A DNA stretch of 63,366 nt, the filler included, from Sphacelaria rigidula (taxonomy: Eukaryota): assembly GCA_964200075.2 (NCBI GenBank). It is 7 parts of 7 records of this genome, joined end to end, with 100 filler letters (N's around TTAATTAATTAA, not from the genome) between each part and the next. Parts side by side here need not be neighbours in the genome. Positions count along the whole stretch, not along the records: positions 45,336 to 54,301 come from CAXNAA020009627.1; positions 54,402 to 63,366 come from CAXNAA020009628.1; 5 more parts are not named here. One strand, given 5' to 3'. Below are positions 52,907 through 63,366 of this stretch, piece by piece (the first letter of the stretch is position 1; each line of letters begins with the position of its first letter). The position numbers were made by a program, and so were the translations under genes. A model generated the notes under the pieces. The model had not been told where the DNA came from. It made no database searches and saw nothing but the letters and a program-made list of their open reading frames with translations.

Positions 52907-55900
52907 ACCTCCTCCCAACAGAATTATCATTCAAGGAAAGCTCGAAGGTCACTGGCACGCTCCACCTCAAGCCACGAGAACCGCTCATTCAACACGTTGG
53001 CTGACCGCCATACAAGCACGAAGCTACTATAGCAGAGCCTTCGAACTGCAAGGGGAGCCTTTCCTTAAAGGAGGAGGGTATTCCCCTACAGGAAGATGAT
53101 TATCTAAATCAAGGTCTATTCGAACACCCGCTTGCGTGACGAGTCAAGTGAAACCTTGTTCGTATGAGACATCATACACGCTCCGATCAGTGGTAAAGTG
53201 CGTCCGGACGTTGAGGCGTGTGATCGTACCGGTACGCCAAAACAGACGTGTTTCTCATGTCTTCCATGTCTTTTGGGTTAAACAACGCCTGACTATTACA
53301 CATAGCTACACGTCAACACGAAGACACCATCCCTTTTGCAAATGCCCGCTCCCATCATTACTTGCAACTTTTTACAATCACCGGTTTCAATCTCACAACT
53401 ACCCGGTCCGGTTATCGCGTTTTTACAGCCGACCCCAAGCACGCCACGACACCAATGCTGCAGTACGTCCAGCGTTTAAACACTGTCCCGAGTAGAACCA
53501 AGACAAGCCAGTCCATAAGCTTCGTACGCATCTGCCTACACAGCACTTGCTTCGGTAGTGACTTGAGAGCACTTAACGGGCTTGAAACACACAAGCACTA
53601 AATACCGTAAAGGCAGCGAGACAACAACACCCCTGAGCAGTGATTTTTGCACAGTCGATTTTCCTGGTCATCAGGAACATGAACACCCTGCGCACCATAG
53701 AGACGACGTATATCAAACAATACGAAACCATCTAGACTGAAAATACCGTCAACAGAGGTACAGTACTACACTCAGCCGTTTCCGGTATGTCACGCTGCTT
53801 GCCAATGGAACAAAAAGCGGCGTAATAAGCACATCACGGCAACGAACTGGCAGCCTGCTGGAGAGACGGGGTTGAGTACACGGTGGGGTGCACAAAGAGG
53901 GAAAGAGATGCGGGCAGTCAGCCGACCAGCTCATACGAAGAGGACTCTTACTCGAAAGGACATTCTTCAGCCGTGATGTATGTCATGTTCTTATGCTGTC
54001 CGGTTTGGGGGACTCCGCGTTCAAGAGGGTACAAAATGAATATGGTTGTGCACAGCTGTCCACGACCGGACGCAGCGGCAAGTCGTCCTTTTTTTTCAAT
54101 CGAACCTTCTACATGGGAAAGGCTAACTCCATAATAGTCTAGATGACCAGAAATACCAATATGTCACGATAATTGAACGAAGGGCTCCCCGCGTCATTGA
54201 AATTGCCGGGGGGGGGGGGGGGGGGGTTTTTTTTTGGCTCGGGGTTTGAAAAATAACCCCGTCAAAATAGGGGGGGTGGGTGGGTTTTTGGGGCCTTATA
54301 CNNNNNNNNNNNNNNNNNNNNNNNNNNNNNNNNNNNNNNNNNNNNTTAATTAATTAANNNNNNNNNNNNNNNNNNNNNNNNNNNNNNNNNNNNNNNNNNN
54401 NTCGCCCCCCCCCCCCCCCCCCCCCCCCCCCGATGAAAATACGCCTGTCCCGCCGAAGCCGACGCCTGCTTCTTGGCAAAGCACTTGATTCCAGTACTCT
54501 TGGCATAGAGGGTCCCATCTTTCGACCCGCAACAACCCACGCCACTGCTCTGAATAGGTACATCCATACACGTGCAGGAGCTTCAGTGGGCTTGAAGAGC
54601 ATTGAAGAGCGTGTCGGCAACCTTGTGGAGGAAAATACATCTCACCAGTTTTGAAGGGGAAACTGGATGATATCAGAGTAATCTAATAGCACGCGACACA
54701 AAAAAATGTTTCAAGGAAAGTACACTATAGATGAGGTCCCGGGGCACGCGTAACACCTGGCTACACTTTGAATGTTTGAGTATGTCGCAAATTTGCAGCT
54801 GCTAGATGACAGCTTGAACTTTATTACATCGACACCGTGGACAGTAAAGTACGAGCACTCGTAGCGCACTGAACAGCTAAAAGCTAGAAAATTGAGCCAT
54901 ATAATTGTTTGAAATTATGATGGGGAATGGTTCGGTCTAACGAAAGTTCCGAAGAGCGAGAACCTGGGGCTGTATACTCGAGGACTCCCGACGACCGGTT
55001 AGCCTGGAGATCGTTCAAAATGTGGGTGTGGCAACGATCTTCGTTTCGAAATTCATGTCGAGTACTCATATATCTAGATTCCCAAAGTTTGGGATCAAAA
55101 ACCGAATTTTATGAGGCCGTATCTTATCAACTTTTTTTCGAATCGAACGACTTCGTGCCGCGGAATGGATTTATTAATAGTCCGTTTTGCTGTGTTTGGG
55201 TCCGAGCGAATTCGCACGCTTTCGATCGAAAAAGAGGGTGGAATTCGTGAAGCGGTACTTGTTCACTTGTATTCAATGCAGACAGTACAGTGTTGTCTGT
55301 ACTGTCTGCACAGTGTGCGTGTATCGTACAATAGGATGTTAAGGAGGGGGGAACTTGCGGTACAGACAGCACAGGACTGTCCACACTTCCTCTATACAGA
55401 AGGATGTGCAAGAGATTTGAACGACGTACAGTTTTGTACTGCTGTACTGTCCACGAGCGTGTTGGCAAGTCGGTCGTCCACCCTACAAAGCAGTTCCGTC
55501 ACCGATTACTACCATGAAGAGTATGCTCAAGTTCCTCCGACAAAAATGTAACACATCATACCAACTACTGCAGTGTATCTATCCCTGTGCTCAACTCGCC
55601 CGCTATGCTGCTGAGTTGCGGTGGTAGCTGAGAATGAGTTGTGTGGGGTTCGCATAGTTCTGCGAACGGGTGGCATCTGGCGTGGTGGTCTGCAAGGCAG
55701 GAGTAAAATGGCCCTTGGTACCTTTCCTCCGCGTGTTTTTGATCGAATAAGCTAAGCTTTGCTGATTCTGACCCTGCCCGCCGCGCGCAAATAATTATTA
55801 AATGAGCTCGAAGCCATCTGAGAACATAAATGCTGCGTACGTATCAGATACGAGCCAACTACGACCAATTCGATTCCATCGGACGTTTTTCAGTCGAAAA

Positions 55901-56888
55901 AAATATTATAAGACACGATGTCAGTGTTGGTGATCGAGAAGACTCGAAACTTCGCTACATTTACACTCGTCCTGCAGTACACACGAGGGCCAACGCCCGG
56001 GCTTCGGAAAGTGATCGTTTATCTTAACGCCAGGCATCCCTCCGTCACCCAAACCCACATCCTAGAGCTCAGTTTGTGGCCACGGCTTGTAACATCTTCG
56101 TGAATACCATGTGGGTCGCGCAGGTCCGAAAAAATGACGCCATTAATGGAGGTTCGAATGTGCCTTGGCGTGTTTTGGTTGGGCGAAGTGAATAAACAAC
56201 CTTTCCCAGGACAAGCCACCAGAAGAGATTAATGGTTCAGCCGGCTCTCACCGAATTGCTTACTTCATCGTGCTTTTACCACGGCAACAAGACAAATTAA
56301 AGACAGGAGACAAAGTGAAATCATACTGCAGAAATCGACGCAATTGCACATTACTGTATCAACAGCAACTAGCTGTTCACTTTTAGACCGCAGCCTCGCT
56401 GCTTCACGTACCATCTCTACAACTTTACATTTACGGTACGCTGTATGCGTACGGTGGGGGCGAGTACAGCCAGGAATCGACGGAGATTAGGGCGGAGTTA
56501 CGTTCGCATGTGATCATGGTGAACGATTTACCGGATGAAAACATGCTCTTGTGTGCCCACTGGCGTGAACGTCCATACTTCGCGCCTGGAATGATCTGAT
56601 TTTGTGTTCGAATCGCTTGAGAATTCTATGCATTTGGGGAAGGAATCGCAACACTGAGAGGAGGGCAAGGTGGCACGGCGTTCCCTGATTCGCCAAAAGA
56701 TATGTGATCGGCCGGTATTCCTTTGCCCTTCCGTCCACATCTCAGATACAGCCGCCATAAACGTTGCGCCTGATTTTATCATGTATGAATTAGGATCGAT
56801 GGAGAAATTCGTGACGTTACACATGCGAGAAGGCTTACTTTCATGACATTTATGAGGTTTTGAGTAGTGCAGTCAGCGTGATACATAC

Positions 56889-57020
56889 CCTAGGGCCTTT
56901 TTTCGTCTTGATTTCTATCGCCGCCGTCTCCTCCGCGAACGCACCGCCTGCGTATCCCGCACTCCAGAGGTTTTGGGATCTTATCGCGTATTGGTCGCAT
57001 TCTTGGCGGGTGATTTCATA
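56889..57020 (-). CDS. ACAA2: 3-ketoacyl-CoA thiolase, next exon (absent from the ORF track)
   Basis: YEITRQECDQYAIRSQNLWSAGYAGGAFAEETAAIEIKTKKGPR; 132 nt, CAG/GTATGT, in phase with the previous exon. Confidence 0.9.
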
Positions 57021-57868
57021 CTGCGAAGCAAACGAATTGAATGGTTTGCGTGAAAGTCACCCAAGTTTAACGCATGGAGTCGATGATTGACGCGGTTGGG
57101 GAAATCAATGTAGCGCAAGTAGGTGCAATGATGCGTTTCTCAAGTCATGGGAATATAAAAGAAATCATCTCTGTGCCGTCCGCGTAATGCATACAGCAGC
57201 ATGTGAGGGATACCATCGACGGGTTACAGATGAGACATATCCTGTAAAATATCATGCGGTTTTGTATAGATGACTACGCTGTACATACGAGCCTATTGGC
57301 CGTCGTTGCATGATTCTATGCTCGCAACAATCCATGAGAGAGAACTACGTATCTGCCTACTGCCTACTGCCTATTGTCTACTCATCCAGGACGTTTCACG
57401 TCGAACCCTGGAGACACATGCGGGGCTCTTTTTCAGCACGCATGGAATTAAACTCGTCATCTTGAACCAGCAACAAAGATCGCACGAGTACCCGCCCAGA
57501 TGGTCCAAATGCGTGAAAGATGCCCATCCCGCTAAGTAAGATATGGATAATTTGTAGCCGACGCTGGGTGAACTGTGTGCGCTCCGTAAAAAATCAACGT
57601 CACGCTCGCTTACTACCTGCGGGGAAAAACAAGAGAAAAACATGAAAAAAAATACTGCGAGAGTATCCATGGACTAGGAGAATATTCTACACGAGCACGA
57701 AATAGGGTGTTCTTGCTCGGAAAAAATAAAAATATTTTTCCTTGCATCCTTCAACATGCGATAGGGCACGACTATGTGGTTAGTAGCACGGATGTAAGAA
57801 AACGTGAATGGTTCTCGCACGAGCCGTGCTGCATTGCAATTCAACTTCGCGGTGTGAAGATTTGTCAC

Positions 57869-57983
57869 CTTCTCTGCGAGGTTCTCCGCGGTCATCCCCA
57901 TCGGCAGCCCGGCATGTGAGTCCGTCAAGCCGGACCACAAGCTGTCTTCCATCTTCAGTCCACTCCCCAGAGGGATTCCCCAC
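57869..57983 (-). CDS. ACAA2: 3-ketoacyl-CoA thiolase (mitochondrial ACAA2-like), exon
   Basis: (R)WGIPLGSGLKMEDSLWSGLTDSHAGLPMGMTAENLAEK; thiolase M..TAENLA motif; donor GTGACA. Confidence 0.9.
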
Positions 57984-59059
57984 CTTGCAAAAACGTCATG
58001 AATGACGGTGCATACGTACACATGATAGAGCTAAACAATGTGTGTGAGGTGCTCGAAATTGTCGAAACATGTCCATTTCACACGATCTCCTCGGCCGACT
58101 TTACTGAGAAATTGCTCGGCTGACGAGGTGATCGGCTGCGGGGCTTCCAGTGGTGCAAGCAAGTCGGCAGAATTCGCACATGCGGGCAATGACTTCATCT
58201 CTCGATTTGCCTCCATCACCGTACGCACCCGCACGCGCTCTGCCACCACAAGTAGCGGCACAAACATAACTGACCACACAATCTTGCGGTCTGTGGTGCC
58301 GACTGGTTTGCTGCGGGACGTGAAATACGATGAGTAACAGCAAACCTGGTAGGTAGTACTGAAATGTACATTTACATAGACGGCTTGTCTGTTCGATTGA
58401 TTGTATGCGTCACGTTGACTGGTTGGTCCACAAGAAACCCAGTCATCGCCACCAGATACACGCACCCACGGCAAACGAACGGAACCACTTGCTGGACTCA
58501 AGGAAAAGGACACAAAAGGGAAAGGGAGAACATGGCCCTACATAAATTAACAGGCACGCCAGCCTTAGCACTGGTGATGGTCCCCAGAGAAAGTCGGACA
58601 AGTCCCCGCCAAGGGTTTCAGATTAAAGGTCGTACGAGACACAAGGCCATGGAAGTAGGTTGGGACTCTGCTACTTCAAGACTACACAGGCAAGAACTCT
58701 CAGCACCAAATTTGTAGAAAGAGGACAAACGCTACTGCGGCAGACGGAAGGGAAAAAATGGAACAACCAGAATTATTGATAAAAAAGGGGGGAAAATACA
58801 TGAAAATACAATATTGAAGGAGAATAGAGCTGGAAAACGAAGCTGGAATTACAAGCCAAAGACAGAAGGCAACAATAGACAGTACCGTACAGCCATATGA
58901 ATTGTCGTACCCCCCTCTCTAGTCAGGGAAAAAGCAGGCCGCCCCCGTCGGTCATATTCATTCTATGGTCCTTTTGGGCTGCTGCAGCTTTTATGCCAAG
59001 TATGGCGACTCTCCTTTCAGCAGCTCTCAACGTAGCAGTCCCTTCCTTGTAGCATAGAC

Positions 59060-59600
59060 TGGATTGACGGCGCTCTGAACGACGCCGTGCCTTCTCGAAC
59101 TCCTCTGGTCCCATGTCTACCCCTGGGTGCCATTTGCTCACGTTCCTAGCGTTAGTGACCCAATCCTGCGAGTCTTTGATATCAATATCGTATAATAACC
59201 ACTTCCACTCTCAACCTTACACGGGACAGCCAGTACAGCAATCAGATTCTCCGTCAAGCGGTCCCCCCAATGTCTCGGTGGCCGACCAGTCCCATTGGGT
59301 CCCGGGTGTCGGCGACCGTTCGAACATGATGCGCTTTGGGATATGTGTTTAGCCTTGCCGCACAAGGACTCCCGCAAACCGGAGTTGGCCCTTGCGGGCA
59401 ATCGTCCTCGCACATTTGCATTGCCAACTCCCAAGCACAGCTCTACAGGAAAGTCTTGTGTCGAATGAAAATCGTCCTGAGGAAGCCAACTGCCCGCACC
59501 AAGAGCTTGTGGTGGACAGTGCGCAGGCTGTTGACGCTCTCATAGTGTGCACGTGGCACACCCGCATAGCATAGGGTTCCACCCCATCTTCGAGCAGTTG
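59060..59600 (-). mobile_element. Old 3' fragment of an RTE-like LINE
   Basis: SLRTVHHKLLVRAVGF matches LLRTVHHRLLLRVIGY of the 36.3-37.7 kb LINE. Confidence 0.65.
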
Positions 59601-60284
59601 GATCTTCAGCGATAGCTGAGCATTGGATCGATGCTAGAGTTGGGAGATGAATCTTCAAGCCACCCTCATCCAGCCCTGATTCGGCGCGTGATTTGAATGG
59701 ATGGTTGCGGCTCTTATAGTATGGACTCAGCTGAGGATAAGTAGCGTCGCAGCTAGACCTATTTTCAAGTGCAGGATATTGCGCTGTGTGCATATTATTG
59801 AGACCCGTGTCCCGGGGGCAGGGTATGAATAGGCTTAATGATGTTTTGACGATTGTACCGATACGGTAGAACGGGCAAAAGCCTACCTCCACCATCGAAG
59901 AGCAGATACGAAGACAATCATTTACGTTTTGCACCCACAGCAACGAATAGGTACCCGATACCCGGGGACATCAAGACTTGCGACGGACACACACGATTGT
60001 TCGCAACCATGAGTCCAGTACTATTGCACCGCAGAAACGCCCATCGTACGGAACAGGCTCCAGAAACAGCAACTGAAAAGGCATAAAATATTCATTCCCC
60101 CTCCTTCATGGGCAACAACGAAGCAGCAATACCCGCAATGTAATGGATATATAAAAGAAACGGAAGAAGTAAGACAACAATCGACCAACAGTAGCGACCG
60201 ATATCCCCCAAAACACGGTAAACGACGAACACGGATTCAACATGACAGATTATCCCGTCGTGCGAAAGTCGTCCATACGGCTAG

Positions 60285-60754
60285 ATGTTATGGCACTCAG
60301 ACTTTTGGCCAACGGATTGTTCACTTTTACGGCGTTTGGGCCACGTTTTTGACCCCCAAACAGGGAACATCGCCAACACACGTCTTGGACACTTTGCATC
60401 ACCCTACAGAGAGGAGCCTAGCCCACTTTTCAGATTCGCTTGGCTCCAAGATTTCGAGAGCGACCGCTGAACAAAAATCCGTGTCCAACAAAATCTACTG
60501 CGGTCTCCACAGAATATTAGGAAAACTGGCGGGGGTCGGCAAGCACGGATTTTCGCGCACGAATGTTTGTTCAGCGGCCAATCTTAAAACCTCGTCGCCA
60601 AGCGAATCTGAAAAATGGGCTGGGCTCCTCTCTGTGGGGTGATGAAAAGTGTCCAAGACGTGTGTTGGCGATTTTCCCTGTTTGGGGGTCAAAAAGGGGG
60701 TCAAATGTCCCTAAGGTGGACAATCCGTGGGCCAAAAATCTGTTTGCCATTACA
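60285..60754. repeat. Long foldback (~200-bp arms) flanked by ~90-bp direct repeats
   Basis: Arms ~60285-60483 / 60544-60754; direct repeats 'tcgaccaacagtagcgaccgatatc...cggattcaacat.acaga' at ~60176 and ~60775. Confidence 0.9.
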
Positions 60755-61315
60755 TCCGGCCTAAACAGCAAAGAACACTCGACCAACAGTAGCGACCGAT
60801 ATCTCCCGAAACACGGACAACCCCGGATTCAACATCACAGACATGACCCATTGTACGAAACAGACTCCAGAAATAGCAGGACAGTTGAGCACACGACAAC
60901 CGCAACGTGGCGTCTGCGGCTTCGCCGCCACGATCAGTGGATCGACAGCCAAGGTACATAAGCACCGGTGATAGCTGTGTGCGTTGTGTAAGCTCATGGA
61001 CTGAGCACGGTAGCAAATGTGGATCATAGACACTTTAATTGAGTGAAATTGATGCCACTTCAACAGATTGCCTAATTTTCGCTGTCAAATGGTTGATGGA
61101 AAGCGGCGGGAAAATACTGTCGTGTCTTCTGACTGTTTCATGAGCATGATGCCGGTTCGATTTTCAAAAAAGCTTCTTGTTTGTTTCGTTTTCAGCCCGA
61201 AGAGCAACATGGATGATGAGCATGTACGAAGGCTCAAAACAACGCATCACAATCAAAAGTGAACGTGAGGAACTATCCGCCCCCGCAAACCAAGAACCCA
61301 TATAGTGGCAACGAA

Positions 61316-61428
61316 TTTGACCATTTGACCGCCATGATAGGTCACCTGTTGTTAAATCGGCATCAGTTACTTGAACTTCACAAGCTACAGCGTGGTCGAG
61401 ATGACCTACCCTCCCGGTCAAAGGATTA
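61316..61428. mobile_element. piggyBac-like mini-MITE, second copy
   Basis: TTGA-CCATTTGACCGCCATGATAGGTCA ... TGACCTACCCTCCCGGTCAAAGGA-TTAA. Confidence 0.6.
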
Positions 61429-61653
61429 ATCCTTTTGTGACGGGATCCCCAGAAACATGTGATATGCACGCAGGAGCCTTTGTGTATGAATCGACATGAT
61501 TTTTAATCGTTTACAACTAAAAATATTACCGATTCATGGAAACGCCCTTGCGTGCAAACCACATGTTTCTAGGATTCCGGTCCCAAAAGGGTTCAAACAG
61601 TACAAATGAAGTGAAGTCGAGACCATGATGCGATATCCATGCTGATACAGTAG

Positions 61654-62233
61654 TTGTGTGCCTTACGTGTAACACAGAAGGGAGGTCAACACAGGCAATT
61701 CTGTGGTGGTCGCCTTACTTTTTCATCGCGAGAGGGGTTCAGCGGTCCCTTTAGCTCGTCGACCGTGAAACCGAATTCTGTCTACTCACGACAAACTGTA
61801 AACGATGTTTTCGTGAGATTGAGAATAGAAGATACGATTGAGAGTGGAGAGCGGTCAATTCGTCAATGAATCGTTTCAGCTCCGGGATGCCCCTCCACGA
61901 GGCTCAAGATGCTCCCTGTACTATAGGAGCTTGCCACTGAGACCCTTGATACCCCTGAGCAAGATATCGACGTGTAGCTGTATGCACGCGTCAGTGCCAG
62001 AGGCGAAGAAAAGCAGGTATGGAATGAAAAACTGGCTTCGTTGAAGCGAATAGTCAAAGCCACTCTCAGTCAGCGCTCTACTCTCAATCTCACGAGAACA
62101 TTGTAGTAGCCGTCCACTGTTGAACACGGTGTGAGACAAAATTCCAGATCGTGTGACTGCACTGAGGTTCGAACCGACGACCCAACCGCCATAAGGTTTA
62201 GGGGTTACCAACTGAGCCACCAGAGCGACCGTC
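61654..62233 (-). mobile_element. tRNA-SINE interrupted by a MITE (61803-62103)
   Basis: Head has TGGCTCAGTTGG and a perfect GGTTCGAACC B box; the body is split by the CGATGTTTTCGTGAGATTGAGA-TIR MITE. Confidence 0.85.
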
Positions 62234-63366
62234 TACCGACTAAGACATGAAAAATAGAAGCCGGCACCTCATGACGAAAAAACGCATGTATGGCAGAGCA
62301 AAAGCAGCAGCATATACAGGAAAAGGGAACGACATGCGGGCAAGATCATAACATGCTTCCGGTGTGCGCCGAGGTTGGACGGAGAGTCTTTCCGCGATTC
62401 AATTTTCAAGTGACCTGTATACGGTAAGAGGTGGCATCTCCGACGGTCAAAGGGTCACAAAGAGACCCCGTTTCACCGTATTCTAAAAAAAAGCAAGTGA
62501 AAAAGTGCACCTGCCTCAGAGCCTCTGGGAACGATTCTGACAGTCCTGTGTGCGGTGACATGGGCGCACGAAGGGTCTACCGCCATGGCGAGGAAAGAAG
62601 GTGGAAAACACCATGCAGAGCACTGCCGTGGGAGCGATGCTCCCGAAACCTCCTGGAGGGGAATCATGCAATGCTGCTTTGTCGAAGCTTGAGAGAACGA
62701 AATGACCCCGTTCGCTGTACTCTAAAATCAAGTACGAGCAAATGCTCGCCTCTCTGAGCTTCTGAGAACGACCGAATGACACCGTGTCGCCGTGCTCTAA
62801 AATCAAGTGTGAGCTTGTATATATATATATACATATATTCATTATGCCCTCGTATTCATTGTCCATACCATTGTTGGGGTTGTGGTCAGGGGCGTGGTAC
62901 CTGCCGGGACTGGCCCGGTTGGTTTTGAAAAACGTCGACCCTGAGGTATTTTGAACAACGGCGCGGTCCTCTAAGCACGCGGTCCTCTCACGCATTACAC
63001 ATACTTACTCGCAGATACCGCAATATTCATGACTGACGGGCAAGCGGGACAATGATCAATACGCACAACTGTTTATAACATTTCAGGGGTTGAAACCATC
63101 TACAACATGTCAGGGGGGTTGGGGACCGCGCGTGAAATAGACCCCAATGACCCGAACTCCAACCCTCTCCCATCCTTCAATCCTTACACGTCTTTCTGTT
63201 TTTTGGCCGTGTGTTGTGCACAAACGAGGATACTAGTTAGTGGGGATGGATGTTGTTGCTTTGCTCAATCCTGGTTGACGTCATTATCAGGGTTAAACAG
63301 CCAATCATCTATGTTGAGGATGGTGCTTGTGATTGAGGATGAGAACCCGGAGGATTAAAATCTTCG

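Larger units (their letters stand above)
50860..54050 (+). pseudogene. Heavily decayed hAT-superfamily transposase interrupted by two insertions
   Basis: Motif remnants occur in hAT order: CVVLDF / QWKI (first-Asp region), RCCLQLAVK (C..H.L.LAV), STRW..RAFEL, VKP.SYET..TLRRV, LATFYNHRFQ (A..LDPRFK) and PTSSYEE.SYS (PATS..SER.FS); multiple frameshifts. Confidence 0.6.

Noticed and set aside
54402..56888. Downstream thiolase exons (DEHPR, TAGNAS, NEAF, GHPLG motifs)
   Set aside because: Searched by eye on the minus strand and not found; presumably beyond the contig end.
58031..58513. 160-aa minus-strand ORF as a thiolase exon
   Set aside because: No thiolase similarity and no compatible junction with the 57983 exon.

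Overview
Eukaryotic, repeat-rich, long-intron DNA whose style is most consistent with a brown alga (Phaeophyceae); the taxon is inferred, not proven. The window is not one locus. It is seven contigs of 8968, 8968, 8967, 8966, 8966, 8966 and 8965 bp joined by identical 100-nt N44-TTAATTAATTAA-N44 spacers, i.e. length-sorted unplaced contigs. Four host genes are supported, most of them partial: (1) a large low-complexity protein ending in only the C-terminal half of a CCT motif (minus, ~12549-14957); (2) four exons of ATG18/WIPI (PROPPIN) with the LRRG motif (minus, 27848-33758); (3) five exons of an unrecognised mucin-like single-pass membrane protein with a 21-aa tandem repeat (plus, 38060-42410); (4) two exons of an ACAA2-like 3-ketoacyl-CoA thiolase (minus, 56889-57983). 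The rest is transposon debris: a frameshifted RTE-like LINE, a decayed hAT transposase, a tRNA-headed SINE family, several MITE families (Tc1/mariner-like, piggyBac-like, hAT-like), a ~685-bp element with asymmetric G-rich ends, foldbacks and minisatellites. No CRISPR, rRNA or intact tRNA was seen. I found no clear multi-gene novel system. The best leads are the half-CCT protein, the modular mucin-like receptor, the 685-bp element family and a long intronic hairpin.
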